A stretch of DNA of 64,000 nucleotides from Vicugna vicugna (lineage: Eukaryota), in NCBI GenBank assembly GCA_013265495.1, contig MU058781.1, forward strand, positions 9,529,009-9,593,008, given 5' to 3'. The notes under the pieces were generated by a model. The model ran no database searches and was not told the DNA's origin. It saw only the letters and a program-made list of their open reading frames with translations. Position 1 is the first letter of the stretch. Every line of letters starts with the position of its first letter. Positions 39,420 to 51,340 of the stretch are shown one piece after another. The position numbers and the translations under genes are program-made.

Positions 39420-39660
39420 ATAAGTGAGTGCTCTGGAGTCAGTCTGCTGGGCTCACATCCCACCTTCATCACTTACCAGATGTGTGACATTAAGCTGGTG
39501 AACTAACCTGTCTGTTTTTCATGTCAATGGTAAAGTAGCTAATAGTAGTACCTATGTCATGGAGTTACTGCGAGGGCTGTGTGATTAATACCAGTAAAGT
39601 ACTTAGGAGGATATTTGATGTAGACTAAATGCTGTGGAAGTGTTCTATTATTGCTACTCT
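39420..39660 (+). mobile_element. MIR SINE, near full length
   Basis: gctctggagtcagtctgctggg...atcacttaccagatgtgtgac...taatagtagtacctatgtcatggagtt...gtaaagtacttag. Confidence 0.8.
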
Positions 39661-40889
39661 TGCTACTACTACCACAGTATCTATAATTTATGTGAAGACT
39701 AGAGAAGTTGGTTAAAAGAAATTCCACTTGGTACTTGGAAATTTGGTTCCCTCATATACACCGATGAGAAAGAACGATAGTAATGCCATTGATTTTTGGA
39801 TATGAACACTGTGCACTGGTGTTTGTGTGTAAGATGCTTCTCTTATCCCCAGAGCCAGCCTCCACCCTCAGGCACACCTTTGGATTTAGTTACTGTTTTT
39901 TAACAGGGACGGCACACATTTTAAATGTTCAAGAAGAACAGCAGAAATGAAGACAGGGTCAAAACAAGATACAAAGAAAGCAAGATAGAATCAGAATCAG
40001 AATCCAAAGAAAAATGTTTACTTTGGCCGAAATATGTAGGAAATATAATGACTGCAGGTCTTATTTCAGGTTCACAAACTGAAGTTCAACAGGTTTACAT
40101 ATTTGCAAATGCAAGTAAATTTGTGCACCAAAGTAGCCAGTAAACATGGACCATCCCTGAAGGGAGGGTTCTGTGCTGCTATGACTGTTGCCTGTGAGGT
40201 GCTCAGCATCCTGCCACCTGCAACGGGCTTGCAAGGGTTCCCTTCTCTCAAAGGACAGCGGTTCAAGCTCCTGACAAATCACACATGATACTTAGCATTA
40301 AACATGATGCTTTTTTATTTATTTATGCTCTGTTCCTTTCCTAAAAGGGTTTGAAGAAAGAAATCAAGTTGCATATTACCCTAATGAGTGCTAAATTATC
40401 TAGGACAGACCAGCCTTAACAAAATATAAAATGAAAGAAGAGACCGGTTGACAAGAGTGAGAGGAGAGATTTTTGACCAGTGCCTAGAGGAATGGGTGAT
40501 GAATGACTAATCAGAGGAAGGAAATGATGCTGGCAGTGGAAGTGGTGAGGGGCTTCACAGGATGTGTTTCCTTTTGTCACTGATGTGGCGTTTCAGACCC
40601 CCGAGCAAACTGTGGTCAGCTAGTTGAGTGGACTCAGGCATAGGAGAGCCGGAGAAACGTCTCAACACAAGGTTCATTAGCTGCAGTTTTGCTTACAAAG
40701 CCCAGCCCCCTCCCTTTCATTTGGTCTTTTTTCTCTATATTATCCTGACTGTAGTATTTTGAATTTTGGGTCACATTTATGTGTTTGGAGAAACTCTAGC
40801 ACTCGAATGGGAATGAGTTACCAGGAATTCTTCATGCTCCTGAGGCTGTTTGAGTCTTCTGTGGAGTAGAGTATCTGGGTGGATGTCAG

Positions 40890-41070
40890 ACAGTTTGAGT
40901 AGTGATGACAAACTTGGAACCTAGAGCCAGAATCCCTGGGTTCAAATTCTGGCTCTGCTGTTCATTGGCTACTCTGTTTTCGTCATCTGTAAAATAGCAT
41001 TGGGATAAGAAACAAATGAACTTATATGCAAAAAAGCACCTGCAACAGAGGACACCTTCAAAATGTGCTG
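40890..41070 (+). mobile_element. MIR SINE
   Basis: tagagccagaatccctgggttcaaattctggctctgc...gttttcgtcatctgtaaaat. Confidence 0.8.
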
Positions 41071-41214
41071 AACTAGTCTACCTTTGTGTAATGAATAGAA
41101 ATCAGAAACTTTTGTACTTTTTGAAGACTTGGTGTATTTACATAACTCAGTAGTAACCATATGACACCTTTCTTTCACACAAAGTTCTAATAAATCACTG
41201 ACTTCTGTCCACAG

Positions 41215-41328
41215 GTGAAATCATCTGCTGAAGGTGCTCCCTTCTCATCCCTTGGAGATCTGGATCGTGATTTGGAGGTTTTGACAAATCTTCTCTGTCT
41301 GACTGAATCGCAACATTACCAACTGAAG
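41215..41328 (+). other. Candidate 114-nt internal exon of an unidentified host gene (coding phase 0-0 or 5' UTR)
   Basis: Branch-like ttctaat/cactgac, acceptor ttctgtccacag|G, donor AAG|gtaaaa. Unique sequence. The only stop-free frame reads VKSSAEGAPFSSLGDLDRDLEVLTNLLCLTESQHYQLK. Confidence 0.55.
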
Positions 41329-41964
41329 GTAAAAGCCAATTTTATTCATTTAAATATGAATTACTAGTTAACTGATTTGTGGAAAGATAAAAAAATGCAC
41401 ATGACTTAAGATCTGGAGCAAATGGAATAGATTCCTGGTTTCTTAATGTTGAAAAAAATTAAGAAAACTATTTTTAAGAAAATACAATGAAAAAGGAGAA
41501 ACTTGTTTCCCCTGGAGGTTATGAAAAGCTTTATGTAAGCCATCTTCATATTGATTCTTGGAGTTTACAGTATCTAGTTGAAATAAACCGTAAAATATGA
41601 GGAAACTAAGGGGCAACTTACTGCAAGACTTCAGCAGTTGACAAACTGAATAGGAAAGACTCGGAAATGATGTAAACATTCCTGTTAAAAAAAAAAAAAA
41701 AGTAGCAGGAAGCGAGCCTAGGGCTCCTCCGACTGTGTAGTCCAAAGATGCAGGAGGTTTGACTGAGGTCAAAAATCTGTTGAGACCCCGTGTTCATTTT
41801 GTGTCTAAGGAAATTGTTTTATAGTGTAAATGTGGAAGCTGATTTTCTTTCTTTCTTTTTTTAAAGGAAGTATGGGAAACTTTCAATAACTGGCTTATTT
41901 TCCAGGCACCGCTCTTTTCTATTCTCCTTAGAGGTGGTTCTTACCTGCCCACTCCTTCTTTCTC

Positions 41965-42725
41965 TCTTTTTAATTAACATAATTCACATGCCTTAAAATT
42001 CTCCATTTTGAAGTATACAATCCAGCCCTTTTTAGGTTAGTCACCAAGCTCCAGGACTATCGTCATCGTCTAATTCCAGAATTTTCATCACCACTGAAAA
42101 GCACTCCATACGCATTAGTAGTCGCTCTTTATTCCCCCATTCCTCTCCCCACTTCTTGCCCCCTGGACACTGCTAATCTGCTTTCTGTCTCTGGGAGTTT
42201 CCTTATGCTGGACATTTCATATAGATGGAATCAGACAATCTGTGGCCATTTATGTCTGGCTTCTTTCACTTAGCATAATGTTACCAAGATTCCTCCACAT
42301 TCTACATTTTCCAGCATTTATTAATACTTCATTCTTTTTTCAAGACTGAGTAATGTTTCATTTTGGAATATTCCACATTACCTTGATCTGGTCATCAGTT
42401 GACATTTAGGCTGTTTCCACTTGGTGGCTATTTTGCATAATACTGCTGTGAATATTCACGTACACATTTTTGGGTGGATATGTTTTCAGTTCTCTTGGGT
42501 ATATATCTCAGAGTGAAAATAACTGGGTCATGGGGTAATTCTTTGCTTAACATTTTGAGGAACTGTCCAGCTGTTTCCCAAAGCGGCTGTACCATTTCAC
42601 ATTCCCACAGGTGATGTATGACGTACGAGGGTTCCAGTTTTTCTAGGTCTTCCCCAACACTTGTTATTGTCAGTCTTTTATTATTACCACCCTAGGGGAT
42701 GTGAGGTGGTTCTTTATCTCGTAGT
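41965..42725 (-). mobile_element. L1MB-like 3' end
   Basis: ataattcacatgccttaaaattctccattttgaagtatacaat...tggacatttcatatagatggaatca...gtctggcttctttcacttagcataatg. Confidence 0.9.
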
Positions 42726-42729
42726 CTCT

Positions 42730-42972
42730 TTTAGGCATCATTTTCTCTGGGACTCTTCTGAACACCCCCAACTCCTCCCCTCTTCAGATTATGCTGAAAT
42801 TACCTTTATTTTTTTGTATCACCCCATGCTTATACTTCCAACATCCCTCATCATGCTGAATTACAGTTGTCTGTTACCTTTACCTCCTCCATTTGAGTGT
42901 GAACATATTAGGGAGGGTATTAAAATACCATTTCCTGTGGTTATCTCCCAGGATTAACAGTGTCTGGCAGAG
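42730..42972 (+). mobile_element. L2 3' fragment
   Basis: tcatcatgctgaattacagttgtctgtt...tatctcccaggattaacagtgtctggca. Confidence 0.55.
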
Positions 42973-43288
42973 TTTTTTAGTCTTACCTTTTTTGAGGGGA
43001 GGGTCAGGAGGGTTGGGATCTTGCAGGTTAGACTTCATAACATTACCATCTGGGCACCTGAACATAAGCAGGGAAGTATCCATTGCTATTAATTGTTAGC
43101 TAATCCTTAGTTGTCTGTGAGAGAAGACAGGATTTTTTTAGCCTGTATGTTTGGTTTTCTAGGAAGTTAAATTTTCTCGACTGTTGTATGAATACAGTCC
43201 AGTGCTTTAATTTACCAAGAAGTTGGAGGGAAAGAACTTAGAGATACCATACAATATTACCATAAGCGGAGAACAATGAGGTGACTTT

Positions 43289-43412
43289 TTAAAAAAATTT
43301 GGGGGTGGTGATAATTAGGTTTGTTTATTTGTAAATGGAGATACTGGGGATTGAACCTAGGACCTCATGCAGGCTAAGCAAGCACTCTACCACTGAGCTA
43401 CTCCCTACCCCC
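43289..43412 (-). mobile_element. vic-1-type tRNA-Ala-derived SINE (camelid)
   Basis: The reverse strand reads gtagctcagtggtagagtgcttgcttagcctgcatgaggtcctaggttcaatccccagtatctcca plus aaataaacaaacctaatta, with Pol III A and B boxes. TSD tgaggtgacttt (43277-43288) / aggggtgacttt (43413-43424). Confidence 0.88.
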
Positions 43413-43500
43413 AGGGGTGACTTTAAAAATAGAGATCAACTAGCCACCTTTACTTTAACCCTTTGGAAAAGCATAACTGAAAACTGACTGTTCCTTAAAG

Positions 43501-43502
<2 letters not shown>

Positions 43503-43544
<42 letters not shown>
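43503..43544 (+). repeat. (AC)21 microsatellite
   Basis: Read directly from the sequence. Confidence 0.97.
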
Positions 43545-43550
<6 letters not shown>

Positions 43551-44449
43551 CCCAATTTCATATATTACACTAAGTGGGTAGTCACCAAGGAGCTCGCCAT
43601 GAAGCATGTGGACCATCAAAACTAATGCTTAGTTCTGAGAAGTTTAGTTATAAATATCAGAAATCTGAGATTCATTAGCCTCAGTAGAACAGGTAGGGAT
43701 CAGTGCTGGGGAGCAAAAACTGGAAGTGGAATTAAACATAAAGGCTTAAAAAAAGTTTGAATTAAAAAGTACATGCACTTTGAGGCTGACTCATAGTAAA
43801 TTATAATGTCCTGTGCATGAGCACAAGACTAAAAAGCCATGTTTCATTAGTTCTTTGGAGCTTTTCTCTCCAAAAATCGATTTGTCTATATAATCAATAT
43901 TTGGATAATTTTGTTTCCAGTCATTATTTATGGTCTCATAAAGTTTTGCTTTAGTGTTGTAAGTTTTTCTTAGTCGAAACAAGGTTATGCTTGGGCTAGA
44001 TGGCTATTCCCTTATATGATAGAGTTTTCCGTGTGTTCTTGGAAACTCTATCCAGCTTCTTTGGTATGATTTTTGGGTGCTTCTGGGATGGAGAGGAAAT
44101 GAGGGAGGGAGGGAGAGAGGAACAAATGTAAGCTGGACCCAGATCAGTGAGATAGCATCAGATGAGGCCAGAATGAGTTTGGCAGATTGTCCTCTCATGT
44201 TTCTCACCCGAGCGCACACATACTGTTACTTGGAATACCACTTGCATTTCTGTCATACTTCTAAGATTTTCTTCAGCTTTAGTAACAAACTTTAACTTCA
44301 AATTAGAGCCAAGAATGAATACTGAGTGTTTTTTTTTTCTTAAACATGTGAATGTGCTTAGAATGAATATTTTGCTGTCAAGGTTCAGTTAGTAAGTAAT
44401 AGAGTAGATGCTTTTCAAGCTTGGAAATGAAAATGTGGATGGGCAAAGA

Positions 44450-44655
44450 CAGTGGAAGGTGTGTCACCTTTAGAGTCATGTGGATCTGAGTTTGAATTCT
44501 CATTTTACCATTGAATAGTTGCACAACTTTTGCACATTGATCTGGTGAGCTTTCCTTACAAGTAAAATGGGCACACTAATTTATACTTGAGAGCATTGTT
44601 GTGATAGTAAAGGAATTTAATGACACCCAGAAGGCACTCAATAAATGGTAGCTCT
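44450..44655 (+). mobile_element. MIR SINE
   Basis: ctttagagtca...atctgagtttgaattc...gtaaaatggg...ttgttgtga...ggcactcaataaatggtagct. Confidence 0.8.
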
Positions 44656-45105
44656 TCGAAAATTGTCTTCACTGGAAAAAAAAGGGGCTCAGTAATTCTT
44701 AGGGGCAAAAGGTAAGTTTCTTACCAAACATCCTTTTTAATGTTGGCTAAGCATTCTCATGACATTCAATTTAGGTGTATCTGATAGCTCAATTTCCCTG
44801 GTTTCTGTATGTAAACATGATGGACAGAAATGAAAGACCTGGGAATATGTGAACTTGTATAGAAGAGAGAGTATGGTACCATGTGGTAATAAGTATTTAA
44901 TGAAACTTTAATATTGAATGGGAGTAGAAGGGATTCAGTATTTCATTTCTTGTGGTATGTAGGTCACTGCAGACAACTGGGAATTAGCTTTGGAAAAAAA
45001 TGTCCAAAAGAAATACATATTCAACTCCTATATATATCTCAGATATGTATTTGTGTTATGGAGTATTTCTCAAATATTACCATATATGAAGATACATTGA
45101 TATTT

Positions 45106-45447
45106 CTTGATCCATTGGTATTCACAGGGGAGTGTTTGCAAGACTCCCCCAGATACCAAAATACCTGGATGCTCCAGTCCCTTTTATGAAATGGTATAGT
45201 ATTTGCATATAACATTCTCCCCTAATACTTTGTCATCTCTAGATTCCTTATACTATATAATCCAATGTAAATGTAATAATGTAAATAGTTGTAAATGCAG
45301 TGTAAATCTTATGTAAATAGTTGCCAGGCATGCAGCAAATTCAAATTTTGCCTTTTGGAACTTCCTTGAATTTTTTTCCTGAAGATATTCGATATATACT
45401 TGGTTGAATCCGTGGATTCGGAACCAGTGGACACGGGGGAACAACTG
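45106..45447 (+). mobile_element. MER2/MER2B (TcMar-Tigger MITE)
   Basis: gataccaaaatacctggatgctccagtccct...aaatggtatagtatttgcatataac...ttggttgaatccgtggattcggaacc...caactg. Confidence 0.9.
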
Positions 45448-45511
45448 TTTCCAAAGGAAAAAAGAAGCTAGCTAACCTTCCAGAAGGATCATTCTCATTA
45501 ATTCTTTAAAA

Positions 45512-45645
45512 ATTTATTTAAAAATAATTTAGGTTACAAGAAGGTGCAAAATAGTAAGATTCCCATGACCCTTCACCTAAGTTCCCTGAAGTGATACCTT
45601 GAGTACCATAGTAAAATAATCAAAACCAGGATATTAACATTCGTG
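45512..45645 (-). mobile_element. Short L1MB/MC 3' end
   Basis: gcaaaatagta...ttcccatgacccttcacc...accatagtaaaataatcaaaaccagga. Confidence 0.7.
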
Positions 45646-45749
45646 GTTTACACTTCCGGAACTTAACCCATTTTAGTCTTTCGGAAGGGAGGAAATTCTT
45701 TCACATGAGGCACTTGATTTCTCATTCATGTGTGCTTTTTAGAGTCAGT

Positions 45750-45950
45750 ATGTTTAAGGAAAAGACATTTCAAAGTAAGAATGCTTGGGGTTAAGTCTTG
45801 GCTCTGCTACTTACTTCTTCCTGCGTAACCCTTGAGCATCTATGGTGATCTGTTCCTCCATCTGTAAACGGGGATATCACTCACCTTAGAGAATTGTAAG
45901 TGTCAGCAATTATATATCATAAAGAGCCTTTCCAGTGAATGGTAGCTTTC
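45750..45950 (+). mobile_element. MIR SINE
   Basis: gggttaagtcttggctctgctacttact...gttcctccatctgtaaacggga. Confidence 0.7.
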
Positions 45951-47059
45951 AGGGTTGCTGTTCTCTTGCCATTATTTTCATCAAAATTGAAAGTAGCAGG
46001 TCTTTATCTTTAACATGACATGTGTACTTTTGCACTTTGTAAACACCTGTGAGTCGGGGACCAGTAACCGGTAAATATACTTGGACAATTGTGTTTCCTC
46101 TGTGTCCATCTCTTTTTAATGAACCTATTACAGTTAATTAGCTTTCCTCCCTTTCCTCCTACCCTACCTGCATAGCTAGCTCTTTACCTTTTTTCTACCC
46201 GACAGGTCAGAAGCCATTCCTCTTTTTGTATGAACTACATTTCTTCTCCAGGTGTCTTTTGTTACATGGATTCTTTGGAACCCAGCTATTTTTAGATTTT
46301 TGTTACGCCTTCATAATGCCTCTTCTTAATTCTGTTCTCTGAGTAGTTGATTATGGCCCTAGGTAGATGCTGACTTCAAATGCAAGCTCATACACCAGTT
46401 CCTGGGTATCCTTGCACAAATGTTACCCTCCAGGGAACAGTGTCTCCAAGGGTGTATGTGTGGGGCTGTGGGTGGGGGGAACTTTAGAATTCTGTGGCCT
46501 CTATGTCTGTAGAGAGGGGTGATGGTCTGTTTCTAAACCTGTCTGCACCTTCTCCTCTCTGACCTTGGGTGCAGCTGCAAAGGAAGAAACAAAAGTTCTG
46601 TGTCCTGCTCCTCATTGTCATTTTTTTTTTTAAACCTCATTTAGCCCAGAAGTGTCTAACCCTATTTAAATTCTTTAAAATGACTATTTTCAGCACTGAT
46701 CCAGTAAATGTGTTTTCTGGTAAGACTTCCTGATATAAGGAAGATCTAAAGCTGCTCTCAAAAGACGATTTTCAGTTGATTTGGAATGTAAATTTTTGTT
46801 TACTTTTAATTTTTAATTATTGAGCTACAAATGGGAAGGACTGACAGACTTTTCTAGTCTCTTAGGCAGATTTCTCCTCCTACTCTGACTTAGCTTCCTG
46901 CTCTCCTTAAGTCTGTGTAACTTAACTCCTGTTTCCAAGGCTTTTGTTTTATTATTTTGGTCCTTAGCACGTCTGCCCGTTTCATATCTTCCCAAACTTT
47001 CCATGTCCAAGAGAAGGACCTAATTTTTTTTTTCTATTTACTGTTGTGTTTTTTTTTGT

Positions 47060-47083
47060 ACACACACACACACACACACACAC
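47060..47083 (+). repeat. (AC)12 microsatellite
   Basis: Read directly from the sequence. Confidence 0.9.
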
Positions 47084-47669
47084 GTATAATTGTATTTAAA
47101 GAATGTTTTAAAACCTTCCTTTATGTTTTAAAATATCCCTTTATACTTTAGCAAGTGGCGCATCATTTCCTGTTTTAGTTTTTCTTAGGCAGACGAGCCA
47201 GGGCTGAAGTAGGGGTGAAAAGTTCACTCTCAGGAAGTGCTGTGAAGGTCCAGATCACGTGACAAGGAGCGGCCGGGACTCGCAGTAATTCCCTGTGAAT
47301 GTGAGTCTCTGGGACAAGGCAGCACAAGAGAGGCATTTTCTTGATTCTGCTTTCTATGCTTCGGTTTTTAATGAATGTGTGGCCTTACTATTATCATCCC
47401 AGAAACTCACTATAATGCTCTTATTATCAGCTAAGATCTGTGCCTCAGAATCGAAAGTTGTAACCCCATAGGTTAATGTGATCAATTTAGAAGATAGAGA
47501 TTAGCATTAAAAATAGGAAAAAAAATATAAATGGAGTACTTTACATGTAATAAGAATGTTATTCTGTAAAACTTTTGGTACGTGTATACACACATACACA
47601 CACGTATAAACACACCTTTTCCCCAGGCCCTACTTGTGTTTGTGCACTCAGGCATGCTGGCATTGGGAC

Positions 47670-49130
47670 AGCCCCCTCTATCCCCAGTTCTGTTCATTCA
47701 GAAACACAATTTTCAAAATGTATGTGTTTGTCAGTGAATGTGTTCTTGTAAGATACCCGTAATTTCATATTTTGAATTTCTTGTGCTTGCATTTTAATTT
47801 ATGTAAATATGTTATAGATCTTATTTTGTTATTTTCTCCACTCAGCATTGGTTTAAGGTCCATGAATATTGCTACGTGTACACCTAACCCATCGCACTCA
47901 GTGCTCCTAGCATGTTACAGAGCTCCTGGGACAAGGATGAACATCCACGCTGTCTTCATCTTCTCTCCCCACTAACAGGGCTGCTGTGAACAGCCTCAGA
48001 CAAGGCTCCTACTGGAAAATACCAAGAGTTTTTATTTGGGCTCTAGACAAATACTAGAATTGCTGGGCTGAGGGGCATACGTCCACAGCTCAGATAGTGT
48101 AAAAGAGTATGATTTCACTAAGTACTCTCAGATTACCTCCACAATGATTCACCAGTCCACACTGCCACCAGCAGTGTGAACGTTTATATACCCACATTCC
48201 CTCCAATACTTAGCATTAGTACGTTTTCCAGTTTTCCCTGTTTCTGTATAGTGGGTGTACAATGCTATCTTTTTGTTGCTTTTATCTGACAGATGAATTT
48301 GATCATCTCTTTATATGTTGCTATCTTTAAGATTCTTTTTTTCCACTTCTGTAAATTCCCCCTTCAGATTTATTACACATTTGTCCACTGGAAGTTTCTG
48401 TATTTTTCCTGTTGATTTACATAAGATCTTTATATATCCCAGCTAGTCCCTAGCTGCTTTTAGACTTCACAAATCTCCTAGCTTGCCATTTTTCTATTAC
48501 TTTGTCCATTGTGTTCTTTTAGTGAGTGAAAAATCTAAATCTTTAATGTAATTTAGTTCATCAAGATTTTACTTTGGGGGCTTTGTGAAGTAAATTATTC
48601 CCTATCCCTCTGTCATAAAATTTCTATTATCTATTATACTTAAAGTTTTACCTTTTGGCATTTAGGTCTCTGACCCATTGAGAGTCCATTTGTGCACTTG
48701 CTAGTGGGCAGGTGTCCAGTTTTATTTTTCCATATGATGGTTCTTGTTTCCTGGGCAGTGGATGCCACTCTTATGCTCCATTGGTCCCTTTGCCTTGTAA
48801 CCACAGTTCATGCTGTTTTGTTACCAGAGCTCGGTCTTACATTCCAACATCGAGCAGAGTAAATCTTCCTTATTGCTCTTTTTCAGAGTGGACTTAGGTA
48901 TCTGCAAGCTCTATTTTTCCATATGAATCTTAACTTCTGTTACGTCCCTCAAATACAACTGAAATTTTGGTTTGGAATGTATTTGAATTTATAAATTAAA
49001 ACAGATATAGCAACATCATTTTAATAAGTCCATCTAGGAGCTTTCTCTGTTTCTCCATCTATTCCATCATCTATGTACCTTATTACAGTTCAGATTATGA
49101 ACCTTATTACATTTCAAATTGTTCTCCGTA
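47670..49130 (-). mobile_element. L1ME-like ORF2 3' part and 3' UTR
   Basis: gctgctgtgaaca, tagaattgctggg, ccaccagcagtgtga, ttaccttttggcatttaggtct, ctatttttccatatgaat. Confidence 0.75.
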
Positions 49131-50949
49131 AAGATAGAGGTACGCTTGTCAGCGGTTGGAGTCAATAGAAGATGAAGGCAAATAAGACAGATAATCCACA
49201 GAAATGATTGTGAAATAGTTGACGTATAGAAATGGAGGGTTCAGCGTTGTTTCAGTAACAGTATCCTTTGATCTTAGATTATTTGTGTAAGAAGAAATCT
49301 TAAAGGTAATCTCAGATATCCCAACATGCTATAAATAAGAAGAAGAGTTCCTAGTGAGGTCAAATGACTCACTGACGATTACAGAGTCAGACAGTGAGAG
49401 AACCTCAAATTGAAATGAGGTTTTCTGACTTAGTTCATTACTTTTACCAACAAACCATGCCTGTAATCACCATATACCTCTAATGCCTTGACTTTCAGTG
49501 TGTGTCTGTTTTTCCTGGTAGAGTTAATGCTATGGTTTGATTTTGCTTCAGAAGAAATTGGCTTCTTTTCTCACTGATGTTCACAGAAAGAATGATTGAC
49601 CTGCCACAAAGCCCTAAGATAGGAGGAAAAAAAATTCTTGAGTGGCGTATTGTTTCTTACTAATAACGGTGTGAGCTAGCATTTGGGTCATTTTCCACAG
49701 TTAGGTCCCTTGCATTAGCTGGGCTTGCTAGAGACTTTAAAAGATACAGAGGGAGGAGCTTGCGCGCGGCAGAGCGGGCCCACATTAGCATGTTAATGAA
49801 GTGCTGGATTGCTGAGCGGGGCAGCTCGCTGAAGCCTGGGAGACAGGCTCTGTCCTCACCGCTGCATCAGCCAAACGACACAGTCCAAATGGAGGTACCG
49901 TTAATACTGGCTGGCAGGACGTTGTTCGTTCCTGACACACATTTTCTTCCTCCCACCCTACCCCTCCTCCCCGTGCGTGTTGAAACTTGGTTTCTGCTGC
50001 CTTTAACCTATCTAATTTCCCCCCAAATAAGTTGGTTTGGGAACAGAAATGAGCACTCTTGCTTGTTTTAGATGGAAAGCAGAACTCATAAGGGAATAAT
50101 TACAAGACTAATTCCTCTGTTTTAATGACATCAATTGAGAAACATTAAAAAGTCAAGGCCCGCATGATTTCGTAGCATTTTTATTCAGCACATTTGAATC
50201 TAAATAACGTGTCATTTTGCTGTGAGTCTGTCTGTGTTGTAGGGCCTTTAACTTAAACTGAATTCTGTGTGTGCTTCTGGGGCAAATCATGTTGGTGGGC
50301 AGCAGAGAAAATTCCTGCATGTTTCCTGAAGGTTGGCAAGATGTCAGTCTGCTCTTGTAGCCAACGTAACACCACTCTCCCACGTAGAAAACCGTAGAAA
50401 TGCTGCCGAACCCCCGTTGGTGGAGTGACTCCAGAGCCACATCCTCAGGCTCAGCCTTCCTTTGGAACTTGAGTTTCTTATTTCCACTCACCTGTCAGGA
50501 TTTCTTTACCCAGCTGTTCCCTGCATGCCTACCACCCATCAGCTCAGCACTTGTAAAACCAAGTTCATTGTCTTTGGCTAAAACCCAGGCCTCCCGCAGA
50601 GCCCTCTTTCTTGAGCCTTTGGTAACAGCACTGCCTCTCCCAGCCTTGTTGGCTCATCCCTCCCCAGGGCTAGTCCACCGGGTCTTCCTCATGATAACTG
50701 CGCATTGTCCCTTGTGTGTGCCCGCCTCCCGCTCCTGCCACTGTCCCCTCTGTGCTGGCCTCATCCTGCGCTCCTGTAGGCCTGTTCCTCTTTTTACCGT
50801 ACTGGACAAGCTCTTGGTCAAAAACTTCGTGGACTGTGGGTGTCAGACATGACCTTTTTACTCTCTTCTCCTCAGGCAGCTTACTTAACTTGTATGAGCC
50901 TATTTTTTTGACCCACCAAGTGTGAGCAGTAACAGCCCAAAGAACTGCT

Positions 50950-51340
50950 TGGAAGAAGAAGGAGATGCGGAATGCCCGATGCACACTCAGTGCTGGCATA
51001 CGATGGGGGTACCACCCTCCTCCTTGATGTCTGTCAACAGTGGTTTCTTTCTTTTCCCGTCATAGGACAAGCTCCTCCTTGATGTTTGTCCCCAAAGCTC
51101 CTCTTTTTCAGCTCAGATTCCTCTTTCCCTGCTGGACCCCTACTTGCCTCGCCCCGCTCTGTTACAGTCTAGCACATGGCCTTTAGAGTTGGGTTTTTAA
51201 AAATCTCTTTCTCTCTCGACATGATCTTGCATTTATTTGTCTAACTTTTGCAACCTGTTCTTTTTCTCATTCTGCATTATAATGTGAGCTCCCTAAGAGC
51301 AAAGGCTGTGTCTGCTTGGCTGCTCAGCCTAGAATGAGCG
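50950..51340 (+). mobile_element. L2 3' fragment
   Basis: attataatgtgagctccctaagagcaaaggctgtgtctgcttgg...agcctagaa. Confidence 0.55.

Noticed and set aside
43330..43405. tRNA-Ala-like sequence as a functional tRNA gene
   Set aside because: Stem mismatches, a SINE tail and a TSD show it is a SINE copy.
50400..50852. Longest ORF in the window (150 aa)
   Set aside because: Leu/Pro/Ser-rich translation of pyrimidine-rich, L2-like DNA with no domain and no convincing splice sites.
51017..51090. 19-bp direct repeat (ctcctccttgatgtYtgtc) with a 36-bp spacer, superficially CRISPR-like
   Set aside because: Only two units, mammalian DNA, no cas genes; a local duplication in L2-derived sequence.
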